A DNA stretch of 64,000 nucleotides. Source: Prevotella sp. (lineage in GTDB: Bacteria > Bacteroidota > Bacteroidia > Bacteroidales > Bacteroidaceae). Every line of letters starts with the position of its first letter. The first letter of the stretch is position 1. Made by a program: the position numbers and the translations under genes. The stretch spans positions 247-64,246 of the forward strand of contig JBJEAU010000037.1 of assembly GCA_051869355.1 (NCBI GenBank). Reading direction: 5' to 3'. Positions 9,683 to 18,011 of this stretch are shown in pieces. The notes beneath the pieces were generated by a model that was not told where the DNA came from, did not search any database, and saw only the letters and a list, made by a program, of their open reading frames with translations.

Positions 9683-11071
9683 ATGTCAAGTAGAAAATAT
9701 ATTGTTACATGGGTTGCCCTCATGGCTATGATGCTTGTGCTTGCATCGTGCGGCAATGGGAAGCGCTCGATGGAGCGTCTGGTAGCCGAATTGGCTGGAG
9801 ACGGAGCGGTGGATGCTGCCGACTGGAAGCGTCTGGTAGCCGCTGTCGAGGCCAACAAGGAAGACTATGCACAACTGTACGAAGGTGGAAAACTGCAGCC
9901 CAAGGCGCTGGAGGCCTACGTGAGCGATGTCATGGCCAACCGCAGGCCGCCCCGTGAGGTGAAGTTTACCGGCAGAGAGCAGGCTCCGTTGGTCTTTCGC
10001 ATCTATCGCGAGCGTAGCGGTTCGATGACTCCCTATGATTCGCCGCAGGGAGACGGCTCGTATGCAGCAGCCATCACGGCGCTCCGCAACCGTCTGCCCG
10101 GCAAGACGGCCGTCGAGGAGATTGGTGACCAGGGCTATACCGACTTTGGTGCCATCTTCGACCAGATTCTCAATAAGACAGGAGACCGGGAGGTGAGTGT
10201 GCTGGTGACGGATATGATCTACTCGGTCAAGGGCATGCAGGATGTCAACCCACAGCGTGTGTTTGCGGATATGCAGGGCATGATCACCTCCGTCTTCAAG
10301 GAGCAGGTGGCCCACAAGTGTGTGCTGCTGGTACAGATGGAGGCTTCTTACGACGGGCCTTATTATTGCTACGATGGTTCTGTGCGCACCGTGCATGGGC
10401 GCAGGCCGTATTACATCATCATGGTGGGCAGCCGTGAGGCCATCACCCGGATTGCCACGGAGGACAACTATCGTGCGTTTGCCGACTTCAAGACACTGAA
10501 GGGCTATCGCCAGATGTATCTATACGATACGGGAAAACTGTATGAACCCTATTATTCTGTATTGCTGTCGGGGCCGGAAGTCAGTGGCCGGTTTGTACCG
10601 GAGCGTGGGCAGTCAGAATGTATCACCTCGGTGCAAGACGTGGAGGCAGACCGCGACGGCAAGGTGAAGCTGGCCGTGGCCGTAGACATGAGGGGGATGC
10701 TGGTGGACGAGCGCTATCTCACGGATGTGGCCAATTACAAGGTCGTGGCCGATGATCCGGTGCGTATCGAGCGCGTGCGTCCTATTACCGACAAGGATCT
10801 GACGGCTTCGGGTCGCAAGTATGCCAAGGAGGCCACCCACCTGATGGTGCTCTCGATGGAGCGGGTGAGCCATAAGCAGCAGGTGAGCATCCTGTTGCAG
10901 AACCGCTTGCCGGGATGGGTGGCCAAGTCATCGAGCGATGACGACCGCACGGTGGACGGCAGTACCACCTTCGGTCTACGCTACCTCATGGAGGGAATCT
11001 ATGATGCCTATCACCGTATGGCGAAGGATGATATGGCCTATTTTGAAATAGCATTAAAGTTTGACAAATAA
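9683..11071 (+). CDS. Lipoprotein with a degenerate vWA/MIDAS-like domain
   Basis: Hydrophobic signal with LASC lipobox. FRIYRERSGSM resembles DxSxS after a beta-strand, and VSVLVTD is the typical vWA fourth-strand Asp. Confidence 0.65.
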   Translation: MSSRKYIVTWVALMAMMLVLASCGNGKRSMERLVAELAGDGAVDAADWKRLVAAVEANKEDYAQLYEGGKLQPKALEAYVSDVMANRRPPREVKFTGREQAPLVFRIYRERSGSMTPYDSPQGDGSYAAAITALRNRLPGKTAVEEIGDQGYTDFGAIFDQILNKTGDREVSVLVTDMIYSVKGMQDVNPQRVFADMQGMITSVFKEQVAHKCVLLVQMEASYDGPYYCYDGSVRTVHGRRPYYIIMVGSREAITRIATEDNYRAFADFKTLKGYRQMYLYDTGKLYEPYYSVLLSGPEVSGRFVPERGQSECITSVQDVEADRDGKVKLAVAVDMRGMLVDERYLTDVANYKVVADDPVRIERVRPITDKDLTASGRKYAKEATHLMVLSMERVSHKQQVSILLQNRLPGWVAKSSSDDDRTVDGSTTFGLRYLMEGIYDAYHRMAKDDMAYFEIALKFDK

Positions 11072-11085
11072 TCCGTAGGGATCGT

Positions 11086-11532
11086 ATGAAGAGAAACTTG
11101 ATCTTATTGGCAGTGGGTGTGGTATTGAGCTTGCTGTTTGTGGGGCTGGCACCCAGCACGTATGAGGCACTCTATTATGAGCGCGAGTTTTCTAACGAGA
11201 TGTATAACGGCAGCATGTACATCGTGATGGCCATTATTCAGTTGGCTATCGCTTGGGGAGTGGCAGCTGCCTATTATTATATCGTAGACAGCGTGAGTTT
11301 CTCGCGCTGGTACCACTGGTTGGTGCTGCTGGCTGTAGTGGCTGTGGTGGCAGGCGGTGTGGGATATGGCTATCCCAATGCCGTGTTTAGCGACTTGGGC
11401 TTCGATTTTACGTTCCAGCAGGTGGCCTTCGCATTGGTTTGCATGCTCATCGAGGTGGTGCTGTTTGTGATAGCCAGCTTCTCCATCAGGTGGTGGAGCG
11501 TCAACTGTCGCCATACCCCTATCCCCGAGTGA
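11086..11532 (+). CDS. Small integral membrane protein (about 4 TM helices)
   Basis: Four hydrophobic segments; 14 nt after the upstream gene on the same strand. Confidence 0.75.
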   Translation: MKRNLILLAVGVVLSLLFVGLAPSTYEALYYEREFSNEMYNGSMYIVMAIIQLAIAWGVAAAYYYIVDSVSFSRWYHWLVLLAVVAVVAGGVGYGYPNAVFSDLGFDFTFQQVAFALVCMLIEVVLFVIASFSIRWWSVNCRHTPIPE

Positions 11533-11600
11533 TGCAAGGCGCTGTCTAAGGCAGTGCTGGATGATGATTGACAATAAAAAATAAGGTAGAATAGATATAC

Positions 11601-13145
11601 ATGCGATTATTCTTGTTTTTGGTAGGAGGTACCGGCAGCCGTGTGTTGCGTCCGTTGCTCATGCAGTTGGCGGCAGGAGTGCTTCCTGTAGATGAGATGG
11701 GGCGGCGCATCCCGTTCGAGATAGTGCCCGTGATAGTAGACCCGCACAGTGCCAATGAGGATCTGAAGCGTACAGAGAACCTGCTGCGCTGGTACAAGCA
11801 GATCAGGCGCTCGGTATATGGAGATACGGCCGATGTGGACAAAGGTTTTTTTGCGGCCAAGGTCTCTACGTTGGCTGATATTCTGCCTCCGGGCAGCGCG
11901 CTGAGCAACTCGTTCCTTTTCAATATGGGTTCTATCGCCTCGAAGCGTTTCCACGATTTCATCGCGTATGATACCCTCGACACGGCCAACCAGGCTTTGG
12001 CTTCGATGCTCTTCTCTGAGGACCAACTGGAGACCAAGATGGATATCGGATTCGTGGGCTGTCCCAACATCGGAAGCGTGGCGCTCAACCGTTTTAAGGA
12101 CTCAGAGGAGTTTAAGCAGTTCTCCAATATCTTCCAACGGCAAGACCGTGTGTTTGTGGTGTCGAGTATCTTCGGCGGTACCGGTGCGGCTGGCTACCCC
12201 ATCATCGTGAAGAATATCCGCAATGCGGCCAACAATGCTAATATCAACAATCGTGGCGACTTGCGCGATGCCAAGATTGGCGCGCTGACCGTGCTTCCGT
12301 ACTTCAATGTGCAGCAAGACGAGAACAGTCCGATTTCCCGGGCCGACTTTATCTCAAAGACCAAGAGTGCGCTCTATTATTACCACGACAATCTGACGGG
12401 TCTCCGTCTGCAGGGCGAGGACCTGCCCATGTCTAAGGTGAACGCCTGTTATTACCTGGGTGATGAAGTGCCCTCTATACCTTATTATAACGACCCTGGT
12501 GCGGAGGGACAGCGCAACGATGCACACGTGGTGGAGTATGTGGGTGCTTTGTCGATACTCGACTTCTTGCAGATTCCCGACGACCAGTTGCAGACGGTGG
12601 ATGGGCGTGCCCTGAATCCTATTTACAAGGAGTACGGACTGGGCAAAGACAAGACCGACCTCTCGCTCAAAGATTTCGGACTGCCCACCCGGGCACTCGT
12701 TAACCGGCAGATGGTGAAGTTTCATCTGGCTTATATGTATCTCACGCATCAGTTTAAGTCGGATATCGGTCGTGGCTATACGGAGGACAAGCCCGAGATC
12801 GGCAAGGGCTTCCTGTCCACTTCTTTCTACAACATGCTGACAGCCGACTTTTTCGTGGCTTACCTGCAGTGGCTCAAGGAATTGAGGGGCAACCAGCGGA
12901 GCTTCATGCCCTTTATGCTCGATACCGACAAGCTGGCCGATGCGCTGAATGGTATCACGCCCAAGACAGGTTTCCTCAAGTCGGCTATTGACTATAAGGC
13001 TATGCTTGCCATGCTGAACCGTCTGTCGCAGCAAGCACTGAAAACCCGTGCTTACAACGATGGCAATGTGGCCCGCAAACTGCTGGAACTGATGGACGAG
13101 GCACTCGAAAAACTGATAGATGACAAGTATAACGGTGTGGTATAA
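11601..13145 (+). CDS. Divergent tubulin/FtsZ-superfamily GTPase
   Basis: N-terminal LFLVGGTGSRVL (T1 loop), GFVGCPNIG (compare FtsZ GAGxNPxxG), SSIFGGTGAAG (tubulin signature variant) and LTVLPYF (compare FtsZ VVTxPF). Confidence 0.85.
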   Translation: MRLFLFLVGGTGSRVLRPLLMQLAAGVLPVDEMGRRIPFEIVPVIVDPHSANEDLKRTENLLRWYKQIRRSVYGDTADVDKGFFAAKVSTLADILPPGSALSNSFLFNMGSIASKRFHDFIAYDTLDTANQALASMLFSEDQLETKMDIGFVGCPNIGSVALNRFKDSEEFKQFSNIFQRQDRVFVVSSIFGGTGAAGYPIIVKNIRNAANNANINNRGDLRDAKIGALTVLPYFNVQQDENSPISRADFISKTKSALYYYHDNLTGLRLQGEDLPMSKVNACYYLGDEVPSIPYYNDPGAEGQRNDAHVVEYVGALSILDFLQIPDDQLQTVDGRALNPIYKEYGLGKDKTDLSLKDFGLPTRALVNRQMVKFHLAYMYLTHQFKSDIGRGYTEDKPEIGKGFLSTSFYNMLTADFFVAYLQWLKELRGNQRSFMPFMLDTDKLADALNGITPKTGFLKSAIDYKAMLAMLNRLSQQALKTRAYNDGNVARKLLELMDEALEKLIDDKYNGVV

Positions 13146-16100
13146 ATGGGAAAGATATTAAGTTATAACAATAAGACCACTGGCGAGGGCTGGATAGCGC
13201 TCAACAGTCAGTACAATGCGGACGAGATAGAGATGATTGCTGATCCCAATGGTGGACTCTCGCAGCAGCCAAGGACAGCCATCCCGTCGCCGTTTGCACA
13301 GATGGATCTGGTGAAAAATGCCTTTTCGCGCCTTGCGGCTCACCGCGATCTTCACGGAGAGGCGATGGACGAGCGTCTGGTGGCTCATGCGCTCGATATC
13401 GCACAGCTGTTTTTCAGTTATCCTGAACTTCAGGGTCAGCTGCATATCGTAGAGTGGAATCGCCAGATAGAGATGCGCCGCCTCTTGGACTCGCAGGAAC
13501 ACAAACTCTTGGGCGAGACGATGGCCATGTATCTCGAACAGGATAAGGAGGCTTTCAACTTCGACAAGATGGATCGCCTCTATTTTCTTGTCTATGGCAA
13601 CAAGGTGCTGGGATGCACGTCGCCCGTAAGCCTTTTCATGGCGACCCCCAATGCCAAGGCTGGTCTGGCACCCATCCCGGTGGAGCCCAATGTGTATCTG
13701 TTTGATCTCTGGCGTCCGTTGTACATGCGCGACGAGGTGTTTGTCAGCTATATCTATGCGCTCTTCACGGCTTATCCCGACTTGAAGAAGTGCTGTGGCG
13801 AGGTCAACCGCTACCTCATCACCAGTTTCCGTTTGCTTCCGGAAGCTGTACAGGCCAAGATTCTGAAAGAAATCGGTAACCCGGATGTCCTTGACCTGCT
13901 CTCGGTAGAGCGTGCCAAGGCTTTCCTCGATGCCAACTTTACCCAGATGGACGGTGGTGCACAGGTATTGGGCTTCCCGCTGTATTGCGTCCGGCAGGAG
14001 GATGTGCAGAATCAGATTGCCAATAGTGATTTTGTGGTGGCTCCCACACGCGATGACGTAGAGGGCAGGTTGCCGCTCATCTTGCAGAATCATCTCAATG
14101 CACCGCAGAGCGATCCTTTCATTTACATCAACAGACCTTGGGATGACGCCACGGTCATTACGCCGGCCGACTATGCGCCCGAGCCTGAGAAACGCATACT
14201 GCCTGCCACCAACCATCAGTATTGCTGGTTGACGGACGATGATTTTTTCCAGCCGGCTCTTATCAAACTCGATTACAGACTGGACGGTGAGTGCTTCTTC
14301 GATGGCAATCTCTCGGTGGGAAGCCGTGAGACTGACGACAAGGATTTTGTTTTGCCATTGAAACCTACGTTCTTCAAATACTTCAAGGTGTCAGACCTGT
14401 GGGGTACCATCGCCGGAAAACCCAAGTTTGAACTTGTACATACCACTACAGGCAGCGTGGAGACGGTGAAGGCCATCCTCCGCATTCCTGTGAAAAAGAC
14501 AGGGCGTTTCATCACGTTGGAGCGTGTGTACGAAGCTTCCCATGATGCGGACCTGACGTATGACAGCAAGAGCAACAAGGGGCGTTTCGTGACAGTGCCT
14601 TTTGCCTTGGGTGTATTCCCGTTTGTACGTACGGCCTCTTTGCGCCAATACAATGTACAGCTTATCGACCGTGCCCTCGGCCAGCTTGACAGTTACCGGG
14701 TGTCATTAGACTTCTACCGCGACGGTTATCTCAACCGTGTGGCAGAAAGCGACAAGGTGGTGCGTGAGCGCAGCCGCAAGTCGGAGAAGCGTGTCGGTTC
14801 GTATTATTATCGGTTGCAGAGCGACTTCGATTATATCTCCGTCACCCTGACCGATGACCGTGGCAAGACAGCCGTCGAGGGTATCGTTTGCCCGAAATGG
14901 CCAGAATATGTGCCCGGACACGATGCCTTTACCTTCGCCGTGGACTTTGGCACCACCAATACCCATATCGAGTGTATGCGTCAGGACAATATGCCCGAGC
15001 CGCTACACCTTAATTCGGTGTCGCGAAGCAGACTGTTGGCCACGCTGTACAATGGTTCGCAACTGCTTTATGATGTCATCATTAAGCAGGAGTTCCTGCC
15101 CAAAGAGATTGGTGGCGATTATGGGTTCCCGCAGCGTACTGTGCTCTCTGAGTGTGAGCGTGTCGATGCGGAGAATGTTGACAATGTCGTATCGCTCGGC
15201 GATGCCAACATTCCGTTTATTTACGAAAAGGAAAGTGTGGGCTACGGAAACCGTATTGTCCCGAATCTAAAATGGTCGACCGATTTGGCCAACGGGAAGC
15301 GTGTGCGGTCTTACCTCACTGAGTTGGCCCTGCTGATGCGCACCAAGGTGCTGCTGGAAAACGGCGACATGGCCAAGACCCGACTGGTATGGTTCTATCC
15401 GTTGAGCATGAAGGTGGGTACGGTGCGCAAGATGGCCGAGACGTGGGCCAAGATATTCGAAGAAGTGTTTGGCGTGGCTCCCCATGAAGACAATCTGATA
15501 CAGATGCCCGAAAGCGTGGCACCTTACTATTTCTATAAAGGCAGCAGTACATTCCGTGGGGCTGCTTCTACGGTGGCCAGCATCGATATCGGCGGTGGCT
15601 CAAGTGACGTGGTGGTCTTCGGATCCAATGCCCAGCAACCTGCGCTGCTGACCTCTTTCCGCTTCGCGGCCAACGTGTTGTTTGGAGATGGTTTCTCAGA
15701 AATTCCTCATGGCGACACGAACCCCATGTTGGTGAAGTATGTAGATTACTTCAAACGGCTGTTCGACAGCGATGATGACCGCTATGGCGAACTGAACGGC
15801 ATCTTGGACGACATAGCTGCCAAGGGAAAGAGCGAGGATATTAATGCCTTCCTTTTCTCGGTCATTAACAACAAGGTGGTCAATGGCAATGATGTCTTCT
15901 CCTACAACCTGCGCCTCAACGAGGATGGTCATCGCAAGATTATCTTTATCTATTTCTATGTGGCAATGGTCTATTATGTGGCCTGCATGATGAAGCGCAG
16001 AGGCATCGAGAAGCCCCGTAGCGTGATGTTTAGCGGCACCGGAAGCAAGGTGTTGGGCATTGTAGGAAGCCAGAGAGATCTTGACCAACTGACCCAAGTG

Positions 16101-16625
16101 GTATTTGAGCGTGTATATGGTGAATCTTATGACGCCGATGGGTTCTCTGTCATCATGGAAAAGAAAGAACCCAAGCAGATAACGTGTCGTGGGGCGCTGA
16201 TGCAGGTACGAAACACAGTGGGATGCACGCAGGTAACTACGCTGAACAAGTTGATGGACGACTTCGACAGCACCTTGAAACAAAACTTCTCGATGATTGA
16301 GAAAGAGCGACTTTGCTATGACGACATGGATAGCGACTCGGTACGTCAGGAAGTCGTAGATAAGGTGAAGGAGTTTAATCGTTTCTTTATCCAATTGTGC
16401 GAAGATATCCACGTGGTCGACAGATTCCTCGTCGAGAACCGGAGTCTTCAGCGCTTTAAGGAAGTCGTCGATAAAGACCTCGGCCACTATCTCATCAACG
16501 GATGGAACTTTGTGAACAAGAATCAGGAAGACCGTAATGGTTCAGACGTGATAGAGGATGCTGTATTCTTTTATCCGATTATCGGCAGTATCAGAGATAA
16601 CCTCATAGAGAATCTGAAGGAATGA
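13146..16625 (+). CDS. Large protein with a C-terminal actin/Hsp70-fold ATPase domain
   Basis: FAVDFGTTNT (phosphate 1), MPESVAP (connect 1), SIDIGGGSSD (phosphate 2), VMFSGTGSK (adenosine) and EPKQITCRGAL (connect 2), after an N-terminus of about 590 aa with no recognised domain. Confidence 0.82.
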   Translation: MGKILSYNNKTTGEGWIALNSQYNADEIEMIADPNGGLSQQPRTAIPSPFAQMDLVKNAFSRLAAHRDLHGEAMDERLVAHALDIAQLFFSYPELQGQLHIVEWNRQIEMRRLLDSQEHKLLGETMAMYLEQDKEAFNFDKMDRLYFLVYGNKVLGCTSPVSLFMATPNAKAGLAPIPVEPNVYLFDLWRPLYMRDEVFVSYIYALFTAYPDLKKCCGEVNRYLITSFRLLPEAVQAKILKEIGNPDVLDLLSVERAKAFLDANFTQMDGGAQVLGFPLYCVRQEDVQNQIANSDFVVAPTRDDVEGRLPLILQNHLNAPQSDPFIYINRPWDDATVITPADYAPEPEKRILPATNHQYCWLTDDDFFQPALIKLDYRLDGECFFDGNLSVGSRETDDKDFVLPLKPTFFKYFKVSDLWGTIAGKPKFELVHTTTGSVETVKAILRIPVKKTGRFITLERVYEASHDADLTYDSKSNKGRFVTVPFALGVFPFVRTASLRQYNVQLIDRALGQLDSYRVSLDFYRDGYLNRVAESDKVVRERSRKSEKRVGSYYYRLQSDFDYISVTLTDDRGKTAVEGIVCPKWPEYVPGHDAFTFAVDFGTTNTHIECMRQDNMPEPLHLNSVSRSRLLATLYNGSQLLYDVIIKQEFLPKEIGGDYGFPQRTVLSECERVDAENVDNVVSLGDANIPFIYEKESVGYGNRIVPNLKWSTDLANGKRVRSYLTELALLMRTKVLLENGDMAKTRLVWFYPLSMKVGTVRKMAETWAKIFEEVFGVAPHEDNLIQMPESVAPYYFYKGSSTFRGAASTVASIDIGGGSSDVVVFGSNAQQPALLTSFRFAANVLFGDGFSEIPHGDTNPMLVKYVDYFKRLFDSDDDRYGELNGILDDIAAKGKSEDINAFLFSVINNKVVNGNDVFSYNLRLNEDGHRKIIFIYFYVAMVYYVACMMKRRGIEKPRSVMFSGTGSKVLGIVGSQRDLDQLTQVVFERVYGESYDADGFSVIMEKKEPKQITCRGALMQVRNTVGCTQVTTLNKLMDDFDSTLKQNFSMIEKERLCYDDMDSDSVRQEVVDKVKEFNRFFIQLCEDIHVVDRFLVENRSLQRFKEVVDKDLGHYLINGWNFVNKNQEDRNGSDVIEDAVFFYPIIGSIRDNLIENLKE

Positions 16626-17197
16626 TCAAGTTTCCCCTTTCAGGCAACAAGGAGTTGCAAGAATTGCAGCAATTATGTGAGCAGCAGGCAGAACGGATGG
16701 AGCAGCTTGCAGGAGAACTTGCTGCCCTGAAGCGCCAAATGGCGAAGATGGAGGCAAGGATGGCTGACATGGACCAGTTGGTGGCTAAGATGTCGGCTCT
16801 GGATACGATAGTGTCTACGAGAGAATCATTGCAAGTGGCAGATTCGGCAATCGAACCAGCTTCGGTGGCAATCTCTCCTGCTACACAGCGTTTCTATCTG
16901 GCTGCACCCACTCCTGATGGTTGTTTTACCGATATATCGGCCGTGGAACAGACAGGGAAAAGTCTGTATGTGCTTACCGTAAAGGACGGAATGACAGGCT
17001 TGTACTCGATGATTGCCAATGACGAGGCCATGGCCACGGCCATGATTAGTATATCCCAGTTTGTGAAGTCTGCCTGCAAGGTGATTGGCGACACCCACAA
17101 GCCTCCACGCCGCATCGTCACGGTAGAAGAAGGGTGTGTAACACGAGAAGGCGACGTGTGGCGCATCACCCGCAAAGCTGTAGTACGTTTTGAGTGA
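16622..17197 (+). CDS. Coiled-coil protein with a possible GrpE-like C-terminal beta domain
   Basis: Heptad pattern at aa 9-62; C-terminus IVTVEEGCVTREGDVWRITRKAVVRFE; ATGA overlap with the ATPase gene. Confidence 0.7.
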   Translation: MIKFPLSGNKELQELQQLCEQQAERMEQLAGELAALKRQMAKMEARMADMDQLVAKMSALDTIVSTRESLQVADSAIEPASVAISPATQRFYLAAPTPDGCFTDISAVEQTGKSLYVLTVKDGMTGLYSMIANDEAMATAMISISQFVKSACKVIGDTHKPPRRIVTVEEGCVTREGDVWRITRKAVVRFE

Positions 17198-17198
17198 T

Positions 17199-18011
17199 AT
17201 GGAGATAAAGTGTCCAAAGTGTAGATTCCGTTTTGAAGTAGACTGCCCACAAGGTGTGCGCTCGCTGTCGTGTGTTTGTCCACGTTGTGGAACACCGTTT
17301 GCCCAGGAGTTGCCGACCGACGACGATGCAGCGGTTGCCACTTCTTCGGCGACTGACGATAAGGGTGTGCCGTCTGTACAGCAATCGGTACGTGCAGGTT
17401 CTGATAAGCCGGTTCGGGATGGTCAAGTCCTGTCCGGTTCTGCCCGATATCCTTGGGAGCAACCGTGGTTGCGAGGTAGCAGTAAATCTTCCGACGCTTC
17501 GGCTGACACTTTTTTGAAAGACCGAATCCCCTTTGAGAGTCGGCGTCGAAACACTCCGCATCGCTTCTTGGCTTCCTGCAGTTTGCGTGGAGTTTTCTTG
17601 GCGGTTGTGTTTTGCTTTATGTTCTACGTGGTGATTCTGCGGGGATGCAGTTCGGATGAACCGCCTGTAGAGGAAGCGCTCAGTGAGCCGGCATCCGTAG
17701 TAGAGGAGCCCGAAGACACCTTTGCAGCCCCGCTGAAAAAATATGACGTCTCGCATGCCAAGCCTACTCCCGATTGGGTGTTTGGTACTTGGCAGCGCAA
17801 GACCAGCTATGGAATGATAGAGATACGGTTGGCAGGCAAGTGGATTCGGGAAACATTGGACGGAAAGACCGAGCATGGCACGTTTTTCTATTCTCCCGGG
17901 CAGATCAATTGTATCTTCAACGGGTGCGATACCTTCATTTATCGCGTGGACGACGTTCGTCGGCGTATCGATGCAGGCAACGGCATGTGGATGGATAGAG
18001 TAGGCAAGTAG
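17199..18011 (+). CDS. Zinc-ribbon, single-TM membrane protein
   Basis: MEIKCPKC...CVCPRC, a low-complexity linker, TM GVFLAVVFCFMFYVVIL and a small C-terminal beta domain (WVFGTW). The ATG is 1 nt after the previous stop. Confidence 0.7.
   Translation: MEIKCPKCRFRFEVDCPQGVRSLSCVCPRCGTPFAQELPTDDDAAVATSSATDDKGVPSVQQSVRAGSDKPVRDGQVLSGSARYPWEQPWLRGSSKSSDASADTFLKDRIPFESRRRNTPHRFLASCSLRGVFLAVVFCFMFYVVILRGCSSDEPPVEEALSEPASVVEEPEDTFAAPLKKYDVSHAKPTPDWVFGTWQRKTSYGMIEIRLAGKWIRETLDGKTEHGTFFYSPGQINCIFNGCDTFIYRVDDVRRRIDAGNGMWMDRVGK

Noticed and set aside
13158-16487. Minus-strand ORFs of 352 and 263 aa within the ATPase gene
   Set aside because: Shadow ORFs caused by codon bias.
11601-16625. Canonical ftsZ/ftsA, mreB or dnaK
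   Set aside because: Sizes, altered motifs, missing C-terminal elements and the absence of dcw, mreCD or dnaJ context do not fit.
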